Part shown: in pieces, positions 9,058 to 16,435 of the stretch
Numbering within the stretch: position 1 is the first letter of the stretch
How the letters are laid out: every line of letters begins with the position of its first letter
Assembly (NCBI GenBank): GCA_964614395.1
Contig: CAZTLD010000001.1
Span: 1-25,572 of the forward strand
Length of the DNA stretch: 25,572 nt
Direction: 5' to 3'
DNA from: an uncultured Zetaproteobacteria bacterium
GTDB taxonomy: Bacteria; Pseudomonadota; Zetaproteobacteria; Mariprofundales; S012-25
Made by a program: the position numbers and the translations under genes
The notes under the pieces: model-generated
Database searches by the model: none
Told to the model about the DNA's origin: nothing
Seen by the model: the letters and a program-made list of their open reading frames with translations, nothing else

Positions 9058-10022
9058 GCGTAGGGCGTCACATCAAACGCAGGATTGCTTGCCGGCGCAT
9101 CGCAAAGCACGCGCACCCGCGCGGGCGCGCCGGATGCGTCCACGCCGTCGGCGCAGATGATCTCTTCGGGCGCGCGCTCCTCGATCGGAATGGCCTCGCC
9201 CGTGGGCGTCTTCGCATCCAGCGTCGTCGTCGGCGCAGCGACGAAAAACGGCACCCCGTAGGCGCGAGCAAGCGCTGCAAGCATCAGTGTGCCGATTTTG
9301 TTGGCCACATCACCGTTGGCCGCGATGCGATCAGCGCCGACCACGACCGCATCCACCTCACCTCGCTGCATCCGAAAAGCGCTTGCGCTGTCCACCTGAA
9401 TGCAGTGGCGGACGCCCTCCTCGGCAAGTTCCCATGCGGTGAGCCGCCCGCCCTGCCACCGTGGCCGCGTTTCGTTCACCCACACGAACGGCTGTTCGCC
9501 TGCCCGATGCAGCGCATAGACGCCAGCCAGCGCCGTGCCCCAATCCACCGCGGCGAGCCATCCCGTGTTGCAATGGGTGAGAATCCTCCGCCTGCCGCGC
9601 GCAAGCCGCGCCGCCAACTGCTCCCCCAAGCGGCGGTGGCGCGCCACCTCAGCCCTTGCCCACGCCACCGCGGCCTCCACCGCATCCTCCGCCCGCGCAA
9701 AGTGGGGGCTTTGCGCCTGCATGAACGCCACCGCATGCATCAGATTCACCGCGGTGGGCCTGGCTGCGGCAAAGCGCCGGCACCAGCCCTCCCAATCGTC
9801 GCGCGCATGCATCCACGCAAGCGCCAGGCCCAGCGCCGCGGCTGCGCCGATCGTCGGCGCTCCGCGCACCTCCATCCGTTGAATCGCGCGCACGACCCTT
9901 TCTGGATCGCGCGTGCGCCGCACCGCCCAACGAAACGGGAGCTCGGTTTGATCAATCCACGCCGCGCACTGGGCTTCCGCATCCCAATAGACGGCCCAGT
10001 AATCGCGCCCGCGGACTCGCAT
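9003..10022 (-). CDS. mtnA: S-methyl-5-thioribose-1-phosphate isomerase
   Basis: DQTELP, MEVRGAPTIG, RPTAVNL, THCNTG, ETRPRWQGGRLT, GADRIAANGDVANKIGT and NPAFDVTP. Confidence 0.93.
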   Translation of the reverse strand: MRVRGRDYWAVYWDAEAQCAAWIDQTELPFRWAVRRTRDPERVVRAIQRMEVRGAPTIGAAAALGLALAWMHARDDWEGWCRRFAAARPTAVNLMHAVAFMQAQSPHFARAEDAVEAAVAWARAEVARHRRLGEQLAARLARGRRRILTHCNTGWLAAVDWGTALAGVYALHRAGEQPFVWVNETRPRWQGGRLTAWELAEEGVRHCIQVDSASAFRMQRGEVDAVVVGADRIAANGDVANKIGTLMLAALARAYGVPFFVAAPTTTLDAKTPTGEAIPIEERAPEEIICADGVDASGAPARVRVLCDAPASNPAFDVTPYAWITEIITEDGPWRPRCS

Positions 10023-10847
10023 CTAGACGAGCTTTTCCAACAGCGGATCGAGCTCTTCCGGACGCCGGTAGCGGATCACGAGCTCCCCTTCGCCGGATTG
10101 GCGCTGGCGGATGCGCACCGGAAGGCCGAGCGCATAGCTGAGCCGCTCCTCAAGCGCGACGATGTCCGGATCACGAAGGGAAGCGCGCGTTTTTTTCTTC
10201 TGCCGGCGGGCGAAGGCCTCGATCTTGCGCGCGCTCCATTGCTCGCGCGCAGCGCGCGTGGCGGCTTCCACCGCCACCTCTTCGTCCAGCCCCACGAGCG
10301 CCCGCGCTTGCCCTGCGGAAAGTTCTCCTCGCTCCACCATCGCCTGCACGGGCGCGGGGAGCTGCAACAGACGCAAGGTGTTCGTGATCTGCGCCCGCGA
10401 CACGCCCACGCGCCTCGCGATCTCCTCATGCGTCAGGCCGAACTCGTCGGCCAGGCGCTGGTAGGCCTTCGCGGCCTCGATCGGCGAAAGGTCGCGCCGC
10501 TGGAGGTTTTCCACGATCGCAAGCTGCAGCGCCTGCGCATCGGAAACCTCGCGCACCACGGCCGGGATCTCGGCAAGCCCCGCGCGCTGGGCCGCGCGCC
10601 AGCGCCGCTCGCCGGCGACGAGCTGATAGCGCCCCCCGTGCGGCCGCACGAGCACCGGCGAAAGCACCCCATCCTGCCGAATCGACGCCGCCAGCTTCTC
10701 GATCTCCGCTTCGTCGAATATCTCACGCGGCTGATAGGGGTTGGGGTCAATCAGGCCGATCGGGATCATGCGCATCCCTTCCCGCGCGCCTGCCGCCTCC
10801 CCGAGCAACGCATCCAGGCCTCGCCCTAGCCGTCGCTTTTGCTTCAT
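10023..10847 (-). CDS. parB: Chromosome partitioning CTPase ParB (Spo0J)
   Basis: LGRGLDALL ParA-interaction motif, NPYQPR, GERRWRAA, ENLQRRDL and HTH (HEEIARRVGVSRAQITNTLRLL). GGAGG SD. ATGA overlap with the parA stop. Confidence 0.95.
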   Translation of the reverse strand: MKQKRRLGRGLDALLGEAAGAREGMRMIPIGLIDPNPYQPREIFDEAEIEKLAASIRQDGVLSPVLVRPHGGRYQLVAGERRWRAAQRAGLAEIPAVVREVSDAQALQLAIVENLQRRDLSPIEAAKAYQRLADEFGLTHEEIARRVGVSRAQITNTLRLLQLPAPVQAMVERGELSAGQARALVGLDEEVAVEAATRAAREQWSARKIEAFARRQKKKTRASLRDPDIVALEERLSYALGLPVRIRQRQSGEGELVIRYRRPEELDPLLEKLV

Positions 10848-11626
10848 CTCCGCCTCCCTTCGCAGCGCACCAGCACTTCGTGCGCGGCTTGCAGATAGGC
10901 CTGCGTGCCCTGCGCGCGCAGGTCGTAGTCCAGCGCAGGCTTGCCAAAGCTGGGCGCCTCGGAAAGCCGCACGTTGCGCGGAATGATCGTGGAAAACACC
11001 TGCGCGCCGAAATACCCGCGCACCTCCTCCTCCACCTGCCGGCTCAGATTGCTGCGCCGGTCCACCATCGTCAGCAAAATCCCCAGCATCCTCAGCGCCG
11101 GATTGAACTGCGCCCGCACCCGCCGAATCGTGTCCATCAACTGCGCCAGCCCCTCCATCGCGAAAAACTCGCACTGCAGCGGCACCAATACCTGATCGGC
11201 GGCCGCCAGCGCATTGATCGTGAGCAGATTCAGCGAGGGCGGGCAGTCGATCCAGACATAGTCAAAGCGCCGCTTCTCAACCAGTGGCGCAAGCGCTCGC
11301 CTAAGCCTTTGCTCCCGCCCCGCCTCGCTTACGAGCTCCACCGCTGCACCGGCCAGATCCATCGTCGCCGGCACGACGAAAAGCCCCTCGAACGCCGTGG
11401 GCACACAGACTTCATCAAGAGAAACCTCGCCCAGCAAAAGCTCGTAGCTCCCCGCCTGGACCTCGTGCTTGTCGATTCCCAGCCCCGTCGTCGCATTGCC
11501 TTGCGGATCCAGATCCACGACCAACACCTCGCGGTCGAGCGCCGCAAGGCTTGCCGCGAGGTTGATGCAGCTTGTCGTTTTGCCCACCCCGCCCTTCTGA
11601 TTGGCCACGGCGATGCAATGTTTCAC
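10844..11626 (-). CDS. parA: Chromosome partitioning ATPase ParA (Soj); start most likely GTG 11626 (alternative GTG 11635)
   Basis: ANQKGGVGKTT deviant Walker A, DLDPQGNAT, IDCPPSL, PLQCEFFAMEG and IPRNVRLSEAPSFG. The GAGGGG SD is correctly spaced only for 11626. Confidence 0.95.
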   Translation of the reverse strand: MKHCIAVANQKGGVGKTTSCINLAASLAALDREVLVVDLDPQGNATTGLGIDKHEVQAGSYELLLGEVSLDEVCVPTAFEGLFVVPATMDLAGAAVELVSEAGREQRLRRALAPLVEKRRFDYVWIDCPPSLNLLTINALAAADQVLVPLQCEFFAMEGLAQLMDTIRRVRAQFNPALRMLGILLTMVDRRSNLSRQVEEEVRGYFGAQVFSTIIPRNVRLSEAPSFGKPALDYDLRAQGTQAYLQAAHEVLVRCEGRRR

Positions 11627-11634
11627 GTGAAACA
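11619..11634. promoter_or_regulatory. parS centromere site (ParB-binding palindrome)
   Basis: Perfect TGTTTCACGTGAAACA, matching the canonical 16-bp parS, at the 5' end of parA. Confidence 0.93.
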
Positions 11635-12189
11635 CCCCTCTTTACGCCACGCGCGCATGCGCAAGCCCGCTTCGCAGCAATCCGCCACCAACGTCCAGCC
11701 AGGCTGAGGCTGCGGATCCGCGTTGCGCGGCACGATCCATGCCGCCACCCCGCCTGCCCGCAGATGCTTGGCCGCCCATGCCAGCATCTTCGCCTCCGGG
11801 GCGACCGCGCGCGCAACGAACGCATCCGCGCCCAGCGGGTCCAGCGCCTCAATGTCTGCGGCGCGCACTTCGGCGGGCAAATCCAATACCCGGACTAGGC
11901 GCTTCAAAAACGCCGCCCGCTTTTGGCGACGCTCGACGAACACGCCGCGCAACCCCGGAAAGCGAAGCAGCAGCGGCACGCCGGGCACGCCGTTGCCTGA
12001 GCCGACATCGACGAGCAGGCCCTCTTCCGGCAACCACACCCCAAGCCGCAACGACGGATACACCAGCGCTTCCAGAAACGCCTCCGCGTTGCGCGCGCCG
12101 GTGAGATTCAGCACGCGATTGCCGCGCATCACCTCCTCGGCGTAGCGCATCAGCCGCGCCTCAAGCCCCTCATCCGCGCGGCTGCTCAT
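11623..12189 (-). CDS. rsmG: 16S rRNA m7G527 methyltransferase RsmG (GidB), short and divergent
   Basis: LNLTG, LVDVGSGNGVPG SAM-binding motif, ERRQKRAAFL and xRA motif. Canonical position between mnmG and parA. Confidence 0.85.
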   Translation of the reverse strand: MSSRADEGLEARLMRYAEEVMRGNRVLNLTGARNAEAFLEALVYPSLRLGVWLPEEGLLVDVGSGNGVPGVPLLLRFPGLRGVFVERRQKRAAFLKRLVRVLDLPAEVRAADIEALDPLGADAFVARAVAPEAKMLAWAAKHLRAGGVAAWIVPRNADPQPQPGWTLVADCCEAGLRMRAWRKEGCFT

Positions 12190-14056
12190 AGGCCCGCAAA
12201 TGCAACATCAGCGCGGCGATCGCGGCCGGCGTGACGCCGGGGATGCGCGAGGCCTGCCCGATCGTGCGCGGCCGGTACTGGATGAGACGCTCGCGACACT
12301 CGTGGCTGAGGCCCGGCACGCGCGCAAAGTCAAAGCCCTCGGGGATGCGCATCGCCTCAAGCTTCCTCAGCCGCGCCACCTCTTCCTCTTCCTTCTCGAG
12401 ATACCCACTGTAGCGCAGCTCGGCCAAAAGCGTGTGCAACGCGCGCGGCGAGCTCGGAGCAAGCTCCCCGAGCAAGGCCTTGGCCGCCTCCACCCCCACC
12501 TCCGGGCGGTGCAGATAGGACACAAGCTTTTGCGCCGTCTCCGGCACCGGCAATCCCAGTTCCTCGAGCTTGGCCCGCCAATGCGCATTGGGGGCCACCG
12601 TGGTCTGGCGCGCGGCGGCAAGCGCAGCTTCCAGCGCCTTTTGATCGGCGCGCCGAGCGGCCAGGCGATCCTCGTCGACGAGCTTCAGCCGCTCGGCCAC
12701 CTCGAGAAAGCGCAGCCATGCGTTGTCTTCCCGCAGCCGCAAGCGGAACTCGGCGCGCGCCGTCAGCATCCGATACGGCTCCAAAACGCCCTTCGTGGTG
12801 AGGTCGTCAATCAACACTCCGATGTAGCCCTCGTCCCGCCGCGGCGTCCACATCTCACCATCCAGCGCCCGGGCTGCGGCGTTGATGCCGGCGATCAGCC
12901 CTTGGGCCGCCGCCTCTTCGTAGCCGGTCGTGCCGTTGATCTGGCCTGCGTGGAACAAACCCCGCACTTTTTTCGTCTCCAGCGTGGGAAAAAGCTCCGT
13001 GGGATCGACGAAGGCGTATTCAATCGCATAGCCCGGCCGGATCAGCCGAACCTCCTCCAACCCCTCGATCGAGCGCAGAAACGCCCACTGCACATCCAAC
13101 GGCAACGAAGTGGAAAGCCCATTGGGATAGACCTCGGCGTGATCGCGCCCCTCCGGCTCGAGAAAGATTTGATGCGAAGGCTTGTCGGCAAAGCGCACCA
13201 CCTTGTCCTCGATGCTCGGGCAATAGCGAGGACCGCGCGCTTGAATGCGCCCGCCATACATCGCCGAGCGGTGCAGGTTTTCGCGGATGATGCGGTGGGT
13301 CTCCGGATTCGTGCGCGCGATGAAACAATCGATCTGATCCGCGACGACCTTGGTATGCAGCTCGGAAAACGGGCGCGCGCCACGATCGCCGGGGTGGCGC
13401 TCGAGCTTTTCCCAGCGAATCGTGCGCCCGTCGAGCCTCGGCGGGGTGCCGGTCTTCAATCGCCCGAGGCGAAAGTGCGCGCGGTAAAAGCGCGCCACCA
13501 AGGCCGTGCTCGCCGGCTCTCCCGCGCGCCCCGCGGAAACCTGCTGCTCGCCGAGGTGGATCACGCCATCAAGGAAGGTGCCGGTGGTCACGACCACCGC
13601 CCGGCAGCGGTGCTCAACGCCGAGCGTGTCCACCACCCCCCGCACACATCCGTCCTCGACGAGAATCTCGGCTGCCTCTCCCTGATACAGCGAAAGGTTC
13701 GGGATGGCATCGAGCAACGCGCGCACCGCGATTTGATAGTGCCGGCGATCGCATTGCGCCCGCGTGGCGCGCACGGCGGGCCCCTTGCGCTCGTTGAGCA
13801 CCCGGTAGTGCAGCGCAGCCCGATCGGCCGCGATCGGCATCAGTCCGCCCAGCGCGTCGATCTCGCGCACCAAGTGGCCCTTGCCGACCCCGCCGATCGC
13901 CGGGTTGCAGGACATCTTCGCGATCGTATCGAGATTTTGCGTGATCAGGCGCACGCGCGCGCCGCGGCGCGCGGCGGCTGCCGCCGCCTCCACGCCCGCA
14001 TGCCCGCCGCCAATCACGACGACATCGACATCTTCCGGATGTTTCACGTGAAACAT
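12170..14056 (-). CDS. mnmG: tRNA uridine-5-carboxymethylaminomethyl(34) synthesis enzyme MnmG (GidA); alternative start GTG 14047
   Basis: VIGGGHAGVEAA, MSCNPAIGG, RLKTGTPPRL, GPRYCPSIEDK, AGQINGTTGYEEAAAQG and YRMLTARAE. Confidence 0.96.
   Translation of the reverse strand: MFHVKHPEDVDVVVIGGGHAGVEAAAAAARRGARVRLITQNLDTIAKMSCNPAIGGVGKGHLVREIDALGGLMPIAADRAALHYRVLNERKGPAVRATRAQCDRRHYQIAVRALLDAIPNLSLYQGEAAEILVEDGCVRGVVDTLGVEHRCRAVVVTTGTFLDGVIHLGEQQVSAGRAGEPASTALVARFYRAHFRLGRLKTGTPPRLDGRTIRWEKLERHPGDRGARPFSELHTKVVADQIDCFIARTNPETHRIIRENLHRSAMYGGRIQARGPRYCPSIEDKVVRFADKPSHQIFLEPEGRDHAEVYPNGLSTSLPLDVQWAFLRSIEGLEEVRLIRPGYAIEYAFVDPTELFPTLETKKVRGLFHAGQINGTTGYEEAAAQGLIAGINAAARALDGEMWTPRRDEGYIGVLIDDLTTKGVLEPYRMLTARAEFRLRLREDNAWLRFLEVAERLKLVDEDRLAARRADQKALEAALAAARQTTVAPNAHWRAKLEELGLPVPETAQKLVSYLHRPEVGVEAAKALLGELAPSSPRALHTLLAELRYSGYLEKEEEEVARLRKLEAMRIPEGFDFARVPGLSHECRERLIQYRPRTIGQASRIPGVTPAAIAALMLHLRAYEQPRG
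14040..14055. promoter_or_regulatory. parS centromere site (ParB-binding palindrome)
   Basis: Perfect TGTTTCACGTGAAACA, extending to an 18-bp palindrome ATGTTTCACGTGAAACAT (14039-14056) over the mnmG start. Confidence 0.93.
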
Positions 14057-14062
14057 ACACTC

Positions 14063-14068
14063 ATTCTA
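14063..14068 (-). promoter_or_regulatory. Putative sigma70 -10 element for the mnmG-rsmG-parA-parB operon
   Basis: TAGAAT on the minus strand, 6 nt upstream of ATG 14056 and downstream of the prk terminator. No convincing -35 element. Confidence 0.5.
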
Positions 14069-14117
14069 ACGAGCGCCGGATAAGGATAAAGGCGATGGGC
14101 GCTTGAGAGATCTCTGG

Positions 14118-14145
14118 AAAAATCAGGCCGGGCATTTGCCCGGCC
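14118..14145 (-). terminator. Intrinsic terminator downstream of prk
   Basis: Minus strand reads GGCCGGGC-AAAT-GCCCGGCC followed by TGATTTTT, 13 nt after the prk stop. Confidence 0.72.
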
Positions 14146-14158
14146 CAATGTGCAACGC

Positions 14159-15034
14159 CTACGCCTCGCCGCGCAGACGCTTGGCTTCGTCCACGAGCCT
14201 GCGGATGATCGGGGTGAGGATCAGCTCCATCGCCAGCACCATCTTGCCCGCCGGCACGACGATCGTGTTGCGGCGAGACATGAACGACTGGTGCAGCATC
14301 GCGAGCAGATACGGAAAGTCCACATCCCACTTTTTCGGATCCCGGAAGCGGATCACGAGCAGCGACTCGTCCGGCGTGGGCACGTCGCGGGCGATGAACG
14401 GGTTGGACGTGTCCACGAGCGGCACGCGCTGGAAGTTGATATCGGTGATCGAAAACTGCGGCGTGATGTAGTGCACATAGTCGTGCATGCGCAGCAGGAT
14501 GTTTTCCACCACCGCTTCGGTGGAATAGCCGCGCAGGCTCGTGTCGCGGTGGATCTTCTGGATCCACTCCAGATTCACCACCGGCGTGATGCCGATCGCC
14601 AAATCCACGTAGGGCCGCGCCTCCTCGATGCATCCGTGCAGGCCCTCATAAACGAGCAAATCCGTGCCCTCGCCGATCTCCTCCCACTCGGTGAAGCGCC
14701 CCGGCTCCACGCCGTAGCGCTTGGCCTCCTCTTCGTCGTGCACATAGTGCCGCGCCATGCCGCGGCCGGTTTCGCCATAGGACTTGAACAACTCCACGAT
14801 CTTGTCGAAAAGGTTCGCTTCCGGCGAAAAGTGCGAAAGGCGCTTGCCCTGGGCTGCGTATTCCTTGGCCTTCTCGCGGAACTCGTAGCGATCGTACTTG
14901 TGGAAGCAATCGCCCTCGACAAACGCCGCGCGCAGCTTCTCGCGGCGGAAGATGTGCTCCAGCGCCACCTTCGCGGTGCTCGTGCCCGCGCCGGAAGAGC
15001 CCGTGATCGCCACGACAGGATACTTGGCCGACAT
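14159..15034 (-). CDS. prk: Phosphoribulokinase, proteobacterial (CbbP/PrkB) type
   Basis: VAITGSSGAGTST, EGDCFHKYDR, SHFSPEANLF, YEGLHG, NLEWIQKIHRD, RGYSTEAV, INFQRVPLVDTSNPFIAR and SFMSRRNTIVVPAGKM. GAGGGAGG SD 6 nt before ATG 15034. Confidence 0.95.
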   Translation of the reverse strand: MSAKYPVVAITGSSGAGTSTAKVALEHIFRREKLRAAFVEGDCFHKYDRYEFREKAKEYAAQGKRLSHFSPEANLFDKIVELFKSYGETGRGMARHYVHDEEEAKRYGVEPGRFTEWEEIGEGTDLLVYEGLHGCIEEARPYVDLAIGITPVVNLEWIQKIHRDTSLRGYSTEAVVENILLRMHDYVHYITPQFSITDINFQRVPLVDTSNPFIARDVPTPDESLLVIRFRDPKKWDVDFPYLLAMLHQSFMSRRNTIVVPAGKMVLAMELILTPIIRRLVDEAKRLRGEA

Positions 15035-15097
15035 CCACCACCTCCCTCTTTCGTTGTGCCTCGCCACGCTAGCAAGCAGCGCTTGCCCGTGCCAGTT

Positions 15098-16435
15098 TCA
15101 CTTTCCGATGCAAAACGACGAAAACACCCGATCCAGAATCGCTTCCACATCCCCCACGCCGAGGATTTCGGCCAATGCCGCGTAGGCGCGGCGAAAGTGC
15201 GCGGCGGCAAGATCCATCGTCTCGGGCCGATCGGCCAAGGTCTTGCCTTCCGCGAGTGCTGCACGCGCCCGCAGCAAAAGCTCGCGGTGGCGCGCGCGCG
15301 TGATCCACACATCCTCGCCCTCGGCCTGCGCTTCGCCGCACGCCTCGGCCAAGCGCGCCAAAAGCGCATCCAGCCCGAAGCCCGTTTTTGCGCTTACAAG
15401 CAGCCAGCGCCGATCGAAGGCGGCTTGCGCCTGCGGCGTAAGCAGATCCGCTTTGTTCGCCACCCAAAGCGTGGCCTCCACGCCTTGCGGCGGGACGGGA
15501 TCGGTGGCCTCGGCGACCCAAAGCACGACATCCGCGCGCTGGGCCGCCTTCAGCGCTCGCCGAATGCCTTCTTGCTCAATCGGATCGGAGGGGGTTTCGC
15601 GGATCCCTGCCGTGTCCAGCACCCGCACCGGCACGCCGCGCACGGCAAACTGCGCCTCCACCGCATCGCGCGTCGTGCCCGGGATGCTGCTGACGATCGC
15701 GCGCTCTTCGCCGGCCAGACGGTTGAGAAGGCTGGATTTGCCGACATTCGGCGGGCCCAAGATCACCAATGTAAGCCCCCGGAAGAGGCGCTCGCCGAAA
15801 TCGGCCGTGCGAAGCGCCCGGTCGATGTCCTGGATGATCGCCTCTGCGCGCGCGGCGAAATCCAGCCCTTCGGGGATGTCTTCTTCGGGGAAATCGAGCA
15901 GCGCTTCCAGATGGGCGACGAGATCGGTGATCGCATCCATCAGCGCCTGAATGCGCTCGCCGAGCTTCCCCGCCAGCTGCTTCTGCGCCTGCTTGGCTGC
16001 GCGCAGCGTGGCCGCCTCAATCGCGGCCGCCACCGCCTCGGCCTGCGTCAGATCGAGCTTGCCGTGCTCGACGGCGCGGCGCGTGAACTCGCCAGGGCCT
16101 GCGGGCCGCGCGCCCAGCGCGTAGATGCGCTCCAGCACCCGCTCGATGATCACGGGGCTGCCGTGCAAATGGAGCTCTACGACATCCTCACCGGTGAAGC
16201 TGTGCGGTGCGGGAAACCAGAGCACAAGCGCTTGATCGAGCACCTCGCCGTCATCGTCCAGGATCTTGCGAAGCGAGGCCACGCGCGGCTGGGGAAGCGG
16301 ACGCTGGGTGAGCCCCTGCAAGATCGCCGCCGCGTCCTTTCCTGAGATGCGCACCACGGCCACCCCCGAACGCCCCCAGGGGGTGGCCAATGCCGCAATG
16401 GTCAGGCCACGTGCATCCGCTTGTAGACGAGCCAC
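15098..16435 (-). CDS. mnmE: tRNA modification GTPase MnmE (TrmE); start uncertain (GTG 16435 or CTG 16405)
   Basis: TIAALATPWGRSGVAVVRISG, FTGEDVVELHLHG, GEFTRRA, GPPNVGKSSLLN, GTTRD, DTAGIR and C-terminal FCIGK. Confidence 0.94.
   Translation of the reverse strand: MARLQADARGLTIAALATPWGRSGVAVVRISGKDAAAILQGLTQRPLPQPRVASLRKILDDDGEVLDQALVLWFPAPHSFTGEDVVELHLHGSPVIIERVLERIYALGARPAGPGEFTRRAVEHGKLDLTQAEAVAAAIEAATLRAAKQAQKQLAGKLGERIQALMDAITDLVAHLEALLDFPEEDIPEGLDFAARAEAIIQDIDRALRTADFGERLFRGLTLVILGPPNVGKSSLLNRLAGEERAIVSSIPGTTRDAVEAQFAVRGVPVRVLDTAGIRETPSDPIEQEGIRRALKAAQRADVVLWVAEATDPVPPQGVEATLWVANKADLLTPQAQAAFDRRWLLVSAKTGFGLDALLARLAEACGEAQAEGEDVWITRARHRELLLRARAALAEGKTLADRPETMDLAAAHFRRAYAALAEILGVGDVEAILDRVFSSFCIGK

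Noticed and set aside
11627-11635. ParA start at GTG 11635 (MFHVKH) as given by the ORF track
   Set aside because: The SD would abut the codon directly. GTG 11626 has about 8-nt spacing and forms a GTGA overlap with rsmG.
12942-12957. parS-like half site CGTGGAACA inside mnmG
   Set aside because: The other half is degenerate (TGGCCTG), and the sequence is dictated by the conserved LFHAGQING codons.
14039-14083. Plus-strand mini-ORFs starting MFHVKH (14039-14083 and 11618-11707)
   Set aside because: They follow automatically from the parS palindrome reading the same on both strands. No SD or other support.
14057-14158. Possible oriC upstream of mnmG (tandem TTATCC on the minus strand at 14078-14089, palindrome AGAGATCTCT)
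   Set aside because: Only partial DnaA-box matches, no AT-rich unwinding element, and the ~100 bp is already explained by the prk terminator and mnmG promoter.
15035-15067. N-terminal extension of PRK (MARHNERGRWW) in the ORF track
   Set aside because: A strong SD precedes ATG 15034, and family homology starts at MSAKYP.
15066-15094. TGGCAC...TTGCT upstream of prk as a sigma54 promoter; short GCAAGC/GCTTGC hairpin
   Set aside because: The GG-to-GC spacing does not fit the -24/-12 consensus, and the hairpin has only a 6-bp stem, a 3-nt loop and no U-tract.
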